A stretch of 58,737 bases of DNA, counting the filler, from Malassezia furfur (taxonomy: Eukaryota): the NCBI GenBank assembly GCA_052055015.1. It is 3 parts of 3 records of this genome, joined end to end, with 100 filler letters (N's around TTAATTAATTAA, not from the genome) between each part and the next. Parts side by side here need not be neighbours in the genome. Positions count along the whole stretch, not along the records: positions 19,663 to 39,203 come from JBQJIT010000188.1; positions 39,304 to 58,737 come from JBQJIT010000189.1; 1 more part is not named here. The stretch is one strand, 5' to 3'. The stretch's first letter is position 1, and the number at the start of each line of letters is the position of its first letter. Shown piece after piece: positions 30,730-42,813 of the stretch. The notes under the pieces are model-generated. The model was not told the DNA's origin. It did not search any database and was given only the letters and a program-made list of their open reading frames with translations. Position numbers and translations under genes: made by a program.

Positions 30730-32350
30730 ATGGGAATGGGATTGTCTGTCTTGCTGCCGCGCCCGACGAGGGAAGAGTGGAACACCATGGGGTACCTGTT
30801 TATCGGTACCCTGGCTGTATGCTACTACATTTCGCTGTTTGCCTGGCGCTTGGCACTGCGGGATACCAACGTCCAGAAGCGCATGCGCATCTTGCGTGAC
30901 TTGGGTGTGCGCGAGCCGCGAAGGTACATGTTCGTGGGGTTTTTCCATCCATTCTGGTATGTTGCACGTCTAACCTAGCCATGCGGGCGGTGGTGGTGAG
31001 CGTGTGCTTTTCGAGGCAATCCGCGTGCATCAGCAAGACCCCAATGTGATCTGTGTGGTATACACAGGTGATATCAAGCCTCTTCCTAATGGCGTGACCA
31101 AAGAAGAGATTCTTTCCAAGGCAGAGGAGCGGTTTGGGATCAAGTTGCGCCCTGAAGCCGTTGCGTTCCTTCCGCTGAAGAACCGCCATTTGGTCGAGGG
31201 TTCCTACTGGAGACATTTCACGTTGCTTGGCCAAGCGTTCGGTGCGAACCGTCTGGGCTATGCCGCGATGAGTGAGCTGGTACCAGACGTATTTATTGAC
31301 ACCATGGGATACGCATTTGCTCTGAGTGCCCCCAAGAACTACTCCAAAAAGATCCGTGTGGGTGCCTACGTGCATTATCCGACGATCAGTACCGATATGC
31401 TGCAGCGCGTGCGAAGCCGCAAGGCGGGCATTACAAACTCGTCGTGGATTGCTTCCAGTCTTCCCTTGAGCTGCCTGAAGCTCATCTACTACCACTTCTT
31501 TGCAGCGGTGTATGGCGCTGCGCTTCGTAACGCTGATGTGATCGTAACCAACGGTACCTGGACCAAGAACCACATCCAGACCCTGGTGCAGTGCAAAATC
31601 TGGCGGCCTTGGAAGGTGCACATCCCGGACGTGAACATTGTGTATCCCCCGTGCAACACCGAAAAGTTTGCGAAACTCTCACTCGAAAACCGCCAGGCGC
31701 GACAGATTGTGAGTTTGGCGCAGTTCCGTCCGGAAAAAGACCATGCTCTTCAGCTTCGTATGGTCCGTCAGCTGCTCGACGAGCACAAGGAGCTCAAGAC
31801 GTCATCGGGCACGAGCCGCGCGCTGAAACTTGTGCTCATCGGTGGTTGCCGCAACAAGGAGGACGAGGAACGTGTTGCTAGCCTCAAGTCGCTGGCCAAG
31901 GAGCTCATTATTGAAAACCACATCGAGTGGTGTATCAATGCGCCACTCAGCACGGTCATTGATAAACTAGGCAAGGCAAGCGTTGGGCTCAGCACGATGG
32001 TGGACGAACATTTCGGAATCAATGTCGTCGAATACATGGCGTCAGGGCTAATGGCGCTGTCGCACGCATCCGCCGGCCCCTTGCTGGATATTTCAGTGCC
32101 TGTGGACGGTCAACCGACTGGCTTCCACGCCAAGGACCTTGACGAATACGTGTCACAGGCGTACAAGCTGCTCACCATGCCCCCTTCTGAGGCGCTAGCA
32201 GTTCGCGAGCGGGCGCGGAAGCACGTGCAGACGACGTTCAGCGATGCCACCTTTGACCAGACCTGGAAGACGCAGCTTTGGGACAAGCTCGTGCCTCCGG
32301 CGCTACTTGCTGTCAACGAGGCTGCAAAGCAATCGACCTCGACTCAATGA
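30730..32350 (+). CDS. ALG11: Alpha-1,2-mannosyltransferase Alg11; intron 30957-30978
   Basis: GFFHPFCHAGGGGERVL, PDVFIDTMGY, YVHYPTIS, AQFRPEKDH, EHFGINVVEY. Confidence 0.94.
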
Positions 32351-32431
32351 GGGCAGATACATGCAGGCTGCGGCACTGGTGTTGATCGTGCCGGCAATTG
32401 TCGTCCTGTGCAAGCAATTCTGGTGATTTTT

Positions 32432-33404
32432 CTACGAAATTTCGATGCTCTTTGGCGCGCCAAGCATCTCCTTGATCTGGTCGTAGATCAAGAACTGGCC
32501 ACTCACCAGGATGGCCGTCATGAAAATCCTTGTACCCAATCCGGCCCACAGACCCATGAAGCTCGTCTGCTTCGCCGCGCGGATCAGCTTGGCCATGGGC
32601 GAACCCTCGCCGACATTGCCGCGGTTGATCTTGGAAAGGAGCGTATCGGCCGGATGCGAAAGAATGGCAGCCGCCGCACCCGCCGTAATACCACAACCCA
32701 GCTGGATCGTCAGCTGGCCTGTCTTGCCCCACGACGCTTGCTTTTCCTTGGAGATGCTGGCATTCACAAAGTTGTGGCACATCTCGTTCGTGTAGAATTG
32801 GCCGATCGCGTAAGGCACCTGCTTGAAAAGGATGGGGATGTAACCTGCGTAGAAGCCCGAGATACCCTCCTCGCGGCCCATACGGGTCATTGCGCCAACC
32901 ATGCCGCGCGCATAGCCGCGCTGGGACACCAGCCGAATGCGCGCAGCTTCCAGGGGCGTTAGCAGTGTGGTCGCAATCACCTCGGCAGCGCTCGCTGAGC
33001 CGAGATACACAAGCTGGCGGTACTCGCTCGCCTTCTGCTTGCTTCCCAGCGCATCAATAAGGTGCTTCTTGAAAAATTCTGGCGTGAGCTGTAGGCGACG
33101 TACCGTAACCGCAGAACTTCGCACCACCCTGGATCAAGTAACCCACAGCAGTCGGGCCGAAACCTGCCAGAAGACCCGTGGGGCCGTCGCTTTTAACGAT
33201 CGACCGCGCCATGCTCATCATGGTCTCCTTGCTGCCCGTCGGCTCCAGCTGCAGGCGCGTCTTCACCACATCAATCGGCGTGAGAGAACCGTGCGTGATT
33301 GTCGCGCACAAGCCACCGGCAGCCAGAAACTGACCATAGTTGAGTAACGTGAAGTCGGGGGTCAGTTGGCCCGGTGCAAGGGTACTTTTGACCTGGTTGC
33401 TCAT
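32432..33404 (-). CDS. Mitochondrial phosphate carrier (MIR1/PIC family); intron 33079-33103
   Basis: TPIDVVKTRLQ, QGGAKFCGYEFFK, PLEAARIRLV, HPADTLLSKIN. Confidence 0.9.
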
Positions 33405-33686
33405 AGTGGTGGTAGAAAGAGGTGGATCGTCGTTCAGGGCGGCGCGAGGGCTACGTTAATCTGCACTTGACGGACTTATCCCGAAAATGTGGCCCAAGCG
33501 GTACGAACGGGCCCCGGCGCATCGGGCGCGGCAGCCCGATGCACAGCAACGGGAATTTCGGACGTTTGTGCAACGCCCACGGCGGAGAACAACGCACGAT
33601 ACAGAGGTTGCGGCACAGGCTTCGCCCTTCGTTGGTGCACGTTGAATTGAGTGCTATGTTTGCATAGTGATTGTATAAAACACTGC

Positions 33687-34632
33687 TTAGATACGGCCGG
33701 CCTCCTTGAGCTTCGAAATAAGCTCGTCGACGTTTTCGACCTGTCATTAGCCTTCTGCGAAACCATGTGCCACGTACCTTGGCACCACCCTGCCGCTTCG
33801 GCGGCTCGGACACCTTCTCGGTCGTAAGCCGCGGCTGGATCTCCTTCTCAAGACCGAGGTCCGCCACAGTCATCTTCTTGAGAGGCTTCTTCTTCGCCTT
33901 CATGATGTTGGGCAGCGAAGCGTAGCGAGGTTCTGTGGATGAGTGGGAATAACGTACCGTTCAGACGCAGATCCGTAGTGATCACCATCGGGATGGTGCT
34001 GTCCACGACCGCGAGACCACCATCGACCTCACGCGTCACCTGCACCTTGTCGCCCTCGTTGCCCTTGCCCTCAAGCTGAACCTTCGAGGCGAACGTAGCC
34101 TGCGGCCAGTTGAGGAGACCAGCAAGCATCTGGCCCGTCTGCGACGCATCGTCGTCGATGGCCTGCTTACCGAGGATCACAAGGCCGATCTTGTTGTCGC
34201 CTTCCTCCTTCTCGATGATCGTCTTGAGGATCTTCGAGACGGCGAGCGGCTCAAGAGGGCCCGAAAGCGACTTGTCGGGGATGTCCACGTGGATCGCATC
34301 ATCAGCGCCCATCGCCAGAGCCGTACGGAGCACGTCCTGCGACTTGGCGGGACCAGCCGAAACGACAGTCTTGGGTTAGCTTACACACACACGTACGATC
34401 TTGTCAACAACGCCCTTGTGGCGCTCACGCAGACGCACAGCCTCCTCAACCGCAATCTCGTCGAAGGGGTTCATCGAGTGCTGCACGTTCGTGTCAACAC
34501 CCTTGCCGTCCGAAGCAACGCGGATCTTGACCGCTGGAGTGTTAGATGCCTTTCATACATGTACGTACCATAGTCAATGGTGCGCTTGATCGGGACAAGC
34601 ACACGCAGCTGGTTCACAAGAGAAGCACGCAT
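33687..34632 (-). CDS. ETFB: Electron transfer flavoprotein beta subunit; introns 34534-34568, 34370-34396, 33933-33957, 33741-33777
   Basis: [57 protein letters not shown]. Confidence 0.94.
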
Positions 34633-34787
34633 TCTGGCGGGGAATAAGAAGTGGTTCGCGTCGAAGCCTCGTGGCACCGGTGCGGAGCAATCCGGGGGAG
34701 CCGTCTTCTGCCCCGGTCCGGTCCCTCCACACCTGCGAGATGCGATCACCACGTGGTAGCTGCAGCAACGGTCTTCGCAACGCGGCC

Positions 34788-36980
34788 ATGCCAGAGTCTG
34801 TGCGCACGCCTGCAGCGCCGGATGCCCGCCAGGTGCAAGCGTGGCATACGCGCCTGCGCGAGTTACTAGATGCTGAGCGGCAGGAGGAGCGGGAACAGAG
34901 CGCTCTGCTACTCTCACAAACCCCCCCGCGTTTATTGGAACGCAATGGTCTTGCCTTGCTCGGTCTCTATGCGAGCGCCGTGCGAGTTGGCCAAGGAGCA
35001 AAATTGCTCGTGGACCTAGAACGGTCTTCCGCGCTGCACACACAAACCCAATTTCCTCCGCATACCTTCCGGACGGGTGACGTGGTTGTATTGGAGGAGA
35101 ATGGGGAGCCCAAAAAGGGCGCCAAAAAGGCCAAAGGGGACCAGGGCGTCGTCTTCCGTGTGAACGATACCCAAATTACCGTGGCTATGGATGGTGGCGG
35201 AAAAGACGAGAAGGATGACGCAGGAACAAACCTGGATCTGCCACCCACCTTGCGTCTGGTGAAGCTCGTAAACGAAGTCACGTACGACCGCATGGAACAA
35301 TCGCTCACGAGGCTGGGCAGCCTTGTTGGCCTGGTCGATGGTGCTGGCTCACTGGAAAGCGCACCCCCTGTCATCCGAACGCTGCTGGGCCTTGCACCTC
35401 CGACCTGGTTCAAGGATCCTGTCTCATGGACACCGATCAATACGCGCTTCAACGAGGCACAACGCGCTGCCATTGACTTTGCAATGCGTGCAAATCAAGT
35501 CGCACTAATCCATGGCCCCCCGGGGACAGGGAAAACGACTGTGATTGCCGAGATCATTGTGCAGCTCGCACAAGCAGATCCCAAGGCGCGTATCCTGGTG
35601 TGTGGTGCGAGCAACCTCGCCGTGGACAACCTGTTAGAACGTACATTGATGACGCCGGGGTACAAGGAAGCGCTACAGGCGGCCGATGCACGTGTGACGC
35701 GCATTGGCCACCCCGCGCGTGTTATGGCGAGTCTGAGTGGCGCGACGCTGGACGTGCAAACGACACTGTCGTCTGAGGGACAGCTCTTGCGCGAGGTGGC
35801 TGCGGAGATCGACCAGCTCATGTCCATTCTCTCGCCGCGGTCCAATGCGCCGCGTGCGGGCAACAAGAGTGCGCGCACGGCGCCGCGGCCCAAAGGTGCC
35901 GAGCGCCGGAAGCTGTGGGAGCAGGTGCGCGAGCTGCGCAATGAGTATCGCAAGCGGGAGCGGTCGCTCACTACAACGGTGCTGCAGCGCGCACGCATCG
36001 TGATGGCGACCTGTCATGGTGCAGGCAGTCGGCAGCTCCAGACGACCAGTTTTGACTACGTGATCATTGACGAGGCGTGCCAGGCGCTGGAACCGACGTG
36101 CTGGACAGCCATCTTGAAGCTAGCGCCTCAGGGCCGTCTGCTTTTGGCAGGAGATCACTTGCAGCTGCCCCCCACGGTGAAAGCGACCAAGACATTCAAG
36201 GAGGGTGACAAGTCAGCTACGCTGCGCCTGCCCAACACCTTAGAGAAGACACTGTTTGATCGCATGTTGTACATGTACGGAGATGGATGCAAGGCGCTCT
36301 TGGATACCCAATACCGCATGAACGAAGAGATTATGGCCTATCCGAACGAGGCGCTCTACAACTCACGCCTGCGCGCCGACGAGAGCTGCCGCACGATTCG
36401 ATTGTACGACCTGGAGTCTGTCGAGAAGCCCGAGGAGGCAGATGACGAACTGTGGACGGCGCCGCTTGTATTTTACGACACGACGGGGACGGGCATGTGG
36501 GAAAAGATGGCCGACGAAGACTTGCAGGGCTCCACCCTGCAAGCGACGTCGCGCTGCAATGAAAACGAGGCGGTGTTGGTCGAGCGGCACATACGTCTCT
36601 TGATGGAGCACGGCGTGCCCATGAATGACATTGCGGTGCTATCGCCGTATGCCTCGCAGATCGACCTGCTCAGCACACAGTTGCGCAACTCACTAGGCTC
36701 CGAAATGGAGATCGGCACAGTCGACGGCATGCAGGGTCGTGAAAAAGAGGTGGTGATTATCAGCCTCGTGCGCTCCAACGAAGAACACGACGTGGGATTC
36801 CTGAATGAACGGAGGCGCCTCAATGTGGCCATGACGCGTGCCAAACGCCAGCTAGTCGTGGTTGGCGACGCGGAGACGATCGCTGGAAGCTCTCAGGACC
36901 AGTCCAAGCCGCGTGTCTACCTGCGCGAGTGGATCGAGCATCTGCACTCGCATGCGCTGGTGGAAATGAATCCAACCTAA
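34788..36980 (+). CDS. HCS1: SF1 helicase Hcs1/IGHMBP2
   Basis: [57 protein letters not shown]. Confidence 0.88.
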   Translation: MPESVRTPAAPDARQVQAWHTRLRELLDAERQEEREQSALLLSQTPPRLLERNGLALLGLYASAVRVGQGAKLLVDLERSSALHTQTQFPPHTFRTGDVVVLEENGEPKKGAKKAKGDQGVVFRVNDTQITVAMDGGGKDEKDDAGTNLDLPPTLRLVKLVNEVTYDRMEQSLTRLGSLVGLVDGAGSLESAPPVIRTLLGLAPPTWFKDPVSWTPINTRFNEAQRAAIDFAMRANQVALIHGPPGTGKTTVIAEIIVQLAQADPKARILVCGASNLAVDNLLERTLMTPGYKEALQAADARVTRIGHPARVMASLSGATLDVQTTLSSEGQLLREVAAEIDQLMSILSPRSNAPRAGNKSARTAPRPKGAERRKLWEQVRELRNEYRKRERSLTTTVLQRARIVMATCHGAGSRQLQTTSFDYVIIDEACQALEPTCWTAILKLAPQGRLLLAGDHLQLPPTVKATKTFKEGDKSATLRLPNTLEKTLFDRMLYMYGDGCKALLDTQYRMNEEIMAYPNEALYNSRLRADESCRTIRLYDLESVEKPEEADDELWTAPLVFYDTTGTGMWEKMADEDLQGSTLQATSRCNENEAVLVERHIRLLMEHGVPMNDIAVLSPYASQIDLLSTQLRNSLGSEMEIGTVDGMQGREKEVVIISLVRSNEEHDVGFLNERRRLNVAMTRAKRQLVVVGDAETIAGSSQDQSKPRVYLREWIEHLHSHALVEMNPT

Positions 36981-37049
36981 TGTCTAGGAACAGTGTTTCA
37001 GTAGGTAGCGACGGAATATGATACAAGTCGCGCACTGACGTGGCTTTCT

Positions 37050-37700
37050 TTACACCAGACCATCGTACAGCGAGAGCGCCTGCACGATCGAGGGGTCCTG
37101 CTTCGATCCTTCCTTGAACTCTTCGAATGATACTGAATAAGCTTTGCCACATACACTCCGAGTTCTTGTCCACGTCCATTACGCGGAAAATCTTGTCGAC
37201 ACGCTTTTCCGGCGTATCTTCGTCCTCAGGGAGCTTGACCATCTGACCCGTCATCTTGTAGATAGCGCGAACAATGGCTGTGTGAGCCGTTACACATACT
37301 GAGCATCTCTTGGTAGGTGATGGTACCATCGCCGTCGATGTCGTACAGCTGGAACGCCCAACGGAGCTTTTCGTCCAAGCGGCCACGGCTTGTGACACTC
37401 AAAGCACAGATAAACTCCTTAAAGTCGATGAATCCGTTCTTGTTCTCGTCAAAAACGTTGAACACATAGTCCGCCAGTGGCGCAGGATCGCCGAACGGGA
37501 AGAACTGCTTGTATATCCGTGCAAATTCCGTTCGATCCAACTGGCCAGATGGGCAGTCGTTCATGAAGCCCTTGTACCATTGCTGCAGCTCTTTGCGGTC
37601 GACTGGGGTTAGCCATGCTTACACGCAACAACCTACAGTATGTATTCTTCTGCAGGTCCGTCAGCTGCTCCGGCGTAAGCTTGGACTGTGCCTTGCCCAT
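37050..37700 (-). CDS. FRQ1: Neuronal calcium sensor/frequenin; introns 37603-37636, 37278-37299, 37133-37154
   Basis: MGKAQSKL myristoylation motif, EF hands, ends [13 protein letters not shown]. Confidence 0.95.
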
Positions 37701-37816
37701 GGTTATAGCCTCTTGTGGAGAGGCCGGGCTGTTCGACGACACGCTGACCAAGCCCTGATTTCGGCCGGAAGACGCTTGTAATCCCCCGCATCCGCGTGCA
37801 GCTTCGTGGATCGGCC

Positions 37817-39055
37817 ATGGCACACACCCTCTCTACGTTCAAGCCGCTGCTGGCCCAGCTGGTGTTGAGTGTCTCGGTACCTAAGCCACCCAGTGGCACG
37901 TTCCGTGATCCCGCCTCGCCGCTCACCGATGCGCAGCTTCACGAACTGTTGGCGCACCTCACCGATGCGGAGTTCACCGGCAATCCCCAGCACCACGCCG
38001 CGATCGGGTCCGCGCTCACGGCGTTGCGCGTGACGGGACTCGATACGGCACCCAAGACCCTCGCATTTATGCGCCAGGCGCTATTGCAGCTCGCGACACC
38101 GATCAATCTGCCTGCAACCAAGCCCAGTGTAGCGTCGAGCTACAGCGGCTTCGTCGACATGGTCGGCACCGGCGGCGACGGGAAGGACACGTTCAATGTA
38201 TCGACCACGGCATCGTTCGTCGCCGCTGGTGTGGAAGGTATGCATGTGTGCAAACATGGCGGCCGTGCGTCATCTTCGACGTCCGGCTCTGCCGAGTTGC
38301 TGATGTCGTTGGGCATCCCCCTGCTGGATGTCGCGCCCGACGCACTGGCGACCCTGCTGGAGGAGCTGCGCTGCACCTTTTTGTTCGCGCCCAAATTTCA
38401 CAGTGCTATGGCGCCGCTTGCGCCGATCCGTGCGTCGCTGGGCTTCCCTACGCTGTTCAACATCCTGGGTCCGCTCATCAACCCTGCACGGCCTGCACGC
38501 GGCGTGTACGGCGTACACAGCTCGGGTCTCGGCCAGACCTATGCCGATGCCCTGCGGCTCGCTGGCATGGAGCGAGTGTGGGTGGTGTGCGGCCAAGAGG
38601 GCCTCGACGAGATTAGTCCATCCGGTCCGACGGACGTGTGGGAAGTGGACCAAGGGGTGGTGACGCACAAAGTGATTAGCCCGTCCGACTTTGGCCTGCC
38701 GACGCACCCATTGGAGGACGTGCGGTGCGGCACCGCCGCGCAGAACGCGTCGGTGGTCGTGCGCTTCTTTACGAACCCTACGCCGCCCGAGGACAAGCCT
38801 CTCGCCGCGCCGCTCCGCGTCGAGGCCGACGTGCCTGGCCTGGCGCTCGAGCCGATTCCCGCGGGGGTGAACCTGGGTGCGATCTACGATTATACCTTGA
38901 TCCAGGCCGCTTCGGCGCTGTACATTGCCGGCTTTGGAAACGGCGACCTGGTTCAGTGCACACAGCTTGCGCGCGAGTCGATGCGCGCAGGCCATGCACA
39001 CGAGTCGCTGCGCGCGCTACGGGAGGCGATGCACAACGCCAAGGCACCCGCATAG
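37817..39055 (+). CDS. TRP4: Anthranilate phosphoribosyltransferase
   Basis: DMVGTGGDGKDTFNVST, KHGGRASSSTSGS, FNILGPLINP, GLDEISP. Confidence 0.94.
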   Translation: MAHTLSTFKPLLAQLVLSVSVPKPPSGTFRDPASPLTDAQLHELLAHLTDAEFTGNPQHHAAIGSALTALRVTGLDTAPKTLAFMRQALLQLATPINLPATKPSVASSYSGFVDMVGTGGDGKDTFNVSTTASFVAAGVEGMHVCKHGGRASSSTSGSAELLMSLGIPLLDVAPDALATLLEELRCTFLFAPKFHSAMAPLAPIRASLGFPTLFNILGPLINPARPARGVYGVHSSGLGQTYADALRLAGMERVWVVCGQEGLDEISPSGPTDVWEVDQGVVTHKVISPSDFGLPTHPLEDVRCGTAAQNASVVVRFFTNPTPPEDKPLAAPLRVEADVPGLALEPIPAGVNLGAIYDYTLIQAASALYIAGFGNGDLVQCTQLARESMRAGHAHESLRALREAMHNAKAPA

Positions 39056-39063
39056 GTACACTA

Positions 39064-39203
39064 TTATAGTTCACGCTGCGTTAGTCATGCGACGTACCAA
39101 GAAGCCCGACTTCTTCACACGGTACTTGTACGGCATGCCCTGCTTCAGGCGGTCCGCATCGTCCTTGGGCTTCGCAAAGCCACTCTTCCCTGCACCGAAA
39201 CGC
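39064..39203 (-). CDS. 3' fragment of a gene truncated by the gap (possibly Ssp120-like secreted EF-hand protein); intron 39076-39097
   Basis: RFGAGKSGFAKPKDDADRLKQGMPYKYRVKKSGFLREL*; identity is a weak recollection. Confidence 0.4.
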
Positions 39204-39303
39204 NNNNNNNNNNNNNNNNNNNNNNNNNNNNNNNNNNNNNNNNNNNNTTAATTAATTAANNNNNNNNNNNNNNNNNNNNNNNNNNNNNNNNNNNNNNNNN
39301 NNN
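39204..39303. other. Assembly gap with artificial six-frame stop linker
   Basis: N44-TTAATTAATTAA-N44. Confidence 0.97.
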
Positions 39304-40622
39304 TCTGGCCCTTTCTCCTTCGGAGGGTTGAGCGGCGGGCGGAAGTAGGGCTGCAGGTACCAGTGCGGAATGTACTCGGGCCGCGTCGTGCGGTCGTCGG
39401 CATCCTGCAGGTGCTGCGGCGTGACATAGTATCGCGGCGCGCCCTGCGATGTATAGTACTCGGGCTTTTGCTCGTCCTCCAGCAGCCGGCGCTCCAGCTC
39501 GCGCACAAACGCACGGTACTCTTCGACGCGCGCCTCGCCCTGTGCCTCTTCGTTGCTGCGCGCCTTGCCGAGCATCGGCCGCAGGTCCGTGTGGATCGCC
39601 AGCGCGGGCCGCGTGATCTTGAACATGTGCCCTTTGAGCGCACTGCCCGCCGTCGGCGTACGCAGCGCGGCCACAATGTCGAGGTATTCGTGCGCAATCC
39701 GCGCGATACGCAGCGCCGCAAACCCGGCATGATCCTCATCTTGGCGCGATAGCAACGACAGATCCGCATCGAGTTCGTGGAAAAGCGTCGGGTTGTACAG
39801 GTTGCCCTCGGCACTCATCACGCCGTCACACCCCGTGTAGGCCAGCGCATCGCGCCAGTCCTGGGGAAAGAGCATGTTGCCGTTCGCAAACACGGGGACC
39901 GACAGCGCCTCTTTCACCGCGCGGATCTTGGACCAGTCGGCCAAACCCGTCTTGTGCCCTTTCATCTCACGCGTGCGGCCATGCACCGTGACCATTTGGG
40001 CGCCCGCGCGCTCAATCATCTTGGCGTAGGCCAACGTCTTTTCCAGCGAGTCGTACACACGGAACTTGGCCGTGACCGGCACCTTGAGCTCGAGGTGCAG
40101 CGTGTTGATCAGCTGAAAAATTAGGTGCCAGTCTTCCTGCAAAAAGGCGCCAAAGTTGCCGCGCTTGGCGATCTGCTGGGGGCAGCCCAAGTTCAGGTCC
40201 ACCGCATCACACTTGTCCTGCACGCTCCGTGCCGCCTGCAGCAGCTGTGCAGGGTCATTTGCACAGAACTGGACAATCAGCGGACGGTCCGTATCGCTCA
40301 CGCCGCCGAGCTCGAGCGCATGCGCGCCCTCCTCGTTGAGCGCCTGGTTAAAGTACGTCTCGCGCACACGGCGCGCGCCTTTGTTCTGCTGCACATAGAC
40401 CTTGGCATTGATCATGGGGGTATACACAAGCTGTGAGCCATACCTCCGGCTCAGTACGCGCCACGCCAGCTCAGATTGGTCCACCATGGGCGCGACAATG
40501 CGCTGCGGCGACCCAATGCTCCGGTAGAACTCGTATCCGCCGAGTTTGGCATGCTTGGGGGTGCCCGTTTCGGGGAACGCGTCAAGCTGCGGGATCTCTT
40601 CCGATCGTAGTGTACCGCTCAT
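39304..40622 (-). CDS. DUS1: tRNA-dihydrouridine synthase 1 (3' end lost in the gap)
   Basis: VAPMVDQSELAWR, QFCANDP, DLNLGCPQ, HGRTREMKG, GVMSAEGNLYNP. Confidence 0.92.
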
Positions 40623-40762
40623 CCACGTATGTGTGGCCAAAGACCGAAGTGCAGACCAACCACGACGATCCACACCCGCGATGTGCCGAACGAAGCGCAC
40701 ACCGAAAATTTTGGTGGAGGAAGAAACGCGCAGGTGGAGGGGCGCCGCCGCACCACGAGGGG

Positions 40763-41225
40763 ATGGCGCCCTTGGAGAGTGCGGCGATCGTGCCCGTCGC
40801 AGATCTGGCGTACCCCGACGATGTAGGACGCAAGGTGCGCGTCGCTGGATTGTAAGTGTACCTGCTCATACAGCTGCTCGTCCTACGACACCGACACGGG
40901 CGAGCTATGGCTTGAGCACGAGCGCGCGTGCATCGCGGTCGACCTCTCGCTCGTGCTCGAAGCAGGCACGCATTTAGAGCTGCACCCCAAGTCCAAGTGG
41001 ATGTGCATCGGGACGCTCGAGCGACACCGCGGTTCGTCTCCGGCGCTTGACGACGCGTCGCGCATGCTGTCTTCGCCCAGCGCGCACGCCCAGAAACGCG
41101 CATGGCGCGCGCAGGACACACGCGTCTCAGAGATGGTCGTACGCGCCATCTTTGCGAAGCGTGTCGATAGTTTGGATTTGCGGGTATGGGCGCAGGCCGC
41201 CCGCGCCGTCCATAGTACAGGGTAG
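40763..41225 (+). CDS. TEN1: CST complex subunit Ten1 (OB fold); intron 40852-40873
   Basis: Spliced GRKVRVAGFCSSYDTDTGELWLEH...VDLSLV...WMCIGTLE...VRAIFAKRVDSLDLRVW matches the recalled Ten1 pattern. Confidence 0.72.
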
Positions 41226-41254
41226 GATCCCCGATCGGTGTGACATCGGGCACC

Positions 41255-42357
41255 ATGGACCCCGCAGCGAGCACGTCGCGCGACCGCGTGCGCGATGGGC
41301 CGATGACCTACAATGGTGCGTGCCGCGCTTACGCAGAAACAGTCTTGTTCGTGAGGGATCTGCGTACGTGCTAATCTGACGCAGTCGAGTGCGCCATCCA
41401 CACGATTCTGGCCGTACGCCAAGTCTACCCCCCGGAGGTGTTTGTGCGTCGGAAACGGTACGAGGCGCCCGCGTTCCAGAGTCGGCATCCGGGGCTCAAT
41501 GAATACATTGGAACAACGTGCAATGCAATCATGCATGAGCTGCAGCACGTACGTCGCCCGCTCACGCAGGCGTCCCTGCGCCAGGTCGTCGTAGCACTCG
41601 TGGACGAAGACGCACCGAATGCCGACGACGTGCTCGAGCGCTACGTGTTTGCGCTGGATTTCTTGCTAACTGACACGGACGTGCGCAACCGCGATCTTTT
41701 GTACGTTGGAAGCTTACGCAGGATTAAGGGAAACCTATCGCAGGCGGCCGCCGAACTCGTTGCGCGCCAATTTTTGCTCCAGCTTCTCACGCTGGAGGCG
41801 CGGCTGCCGCCGGCCGGCGAGCGACGTACGTCGCCAAACTCACGCAGCGTGCACGTTCCGCGTGCTTATCGAGATGGACGCCGACCAGACACCGACGGCG
41901 AACTCGGACCAGGAGCCCTCGACCGGCCCCTGGGCGCCCGCGGATGGCGTCCCATTTCGTGCGAATGGTGTGGACGACGCTCACGCGACGCTCGGTGTAC
42001 GGCCAGCATATCCACGCACCTCTGTGCCGCAGCTACATCCACTACAGGTGCTCGAATCGGGTGTCATTAATGTAGGTATGGATACTGACGCAGCTCTCGC
42101 TGCATGTCGAGGCGTATGCCGAGAATGAGGCGGACGCATCGCAAGCGACGGCGCACGATCCGCACGACGCGGCGCACTCACAGCGCGATCTGGACGATCC
42201 CGAAATTGAGCAGGGTGCAAGCACGTCGACGATCCCGCTGCGCAAGCGCAAGTTATTTGCGCAGCCGGTCACGACGGGCGGTCCGACGTCGGATGCATCG
42301 AGCGCCGAGTCGGACGAGAGCGACGAGTCGGGCGAGAGTTTGTCTGCGCCGTCCTAA
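41255..42357 (+). CDS. REV7: HORMA-domain Rev7/MAD2L2; introns 41316-41336, 41364-41384, 41549-41569, 41701-41721, 41826-41847, 42072-42093
   Basis: LECAIHTILAVRQVYPPEVFVRRKRYEAPAFQSRHPGLNEYI, LERYVF. Confidence 0.88.
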
Positions 42358-42654
42358 GTCGTCGTGTCTGGCATCTTTTCCTCTTCGGGCTCTTCAAACT
42401 TGGCCACCTGCTCCGTGCGCACCCACTTGGGGATGCGCAGCGGCGTTTCGGAGCGCGTCGCAGCGCTGTCGATGCCCATACGTTCCGCGAGGCCGGGCAC
42501 CGACCCAGCAGGCTTGGCCAGCGCAGAAGGCACGACGAGGTCGCGTTTCCAGATACTGCGTGAGCCATGCGACGTACTACACGGGCTCCTTGACGCTGCG
42601 CTGCAGCTCGTGTTCCTGGCCCTGCCCCGCAAAGCGGCCGTTGATGCGCGACAT
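42354..42654 (-). CDS. Small (~92 aa) BCL7-like protein; intron 42556-42577
   Basis: MSRINGRFAGQGQEHELQRSVKEPVYIWKRDLVVP...LRIPKWVRT resembles the BCL7 N-terminal W-x-K/R...LRIxKWV motif. Confidence 0.55.
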
Positions 42655-42813
42655 GGCGGTTCGGGTCACGTGCACAGCGCGCGGCGCTCCTCGCCGCGCA
42701 CGGTCCGCTGCAGCGGCACTCGGTGTGGGGCTGCTTCCTTTCGCTATGGGCGCCGGTGGGCCTAGGGAAGGGGTATCTTGGCGCCGCACACAAGCATAGC
42801 CCTGGAACCGCGC

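Noticed and set aside
33519..33542. 9-bp perfect hairpin GCATCGGGC/GCCCGATGC upstream of the phosphate carrier
   Set aside because: Single short GC-rich stem, plausible by chance, with no other RNA-gene hallmarks
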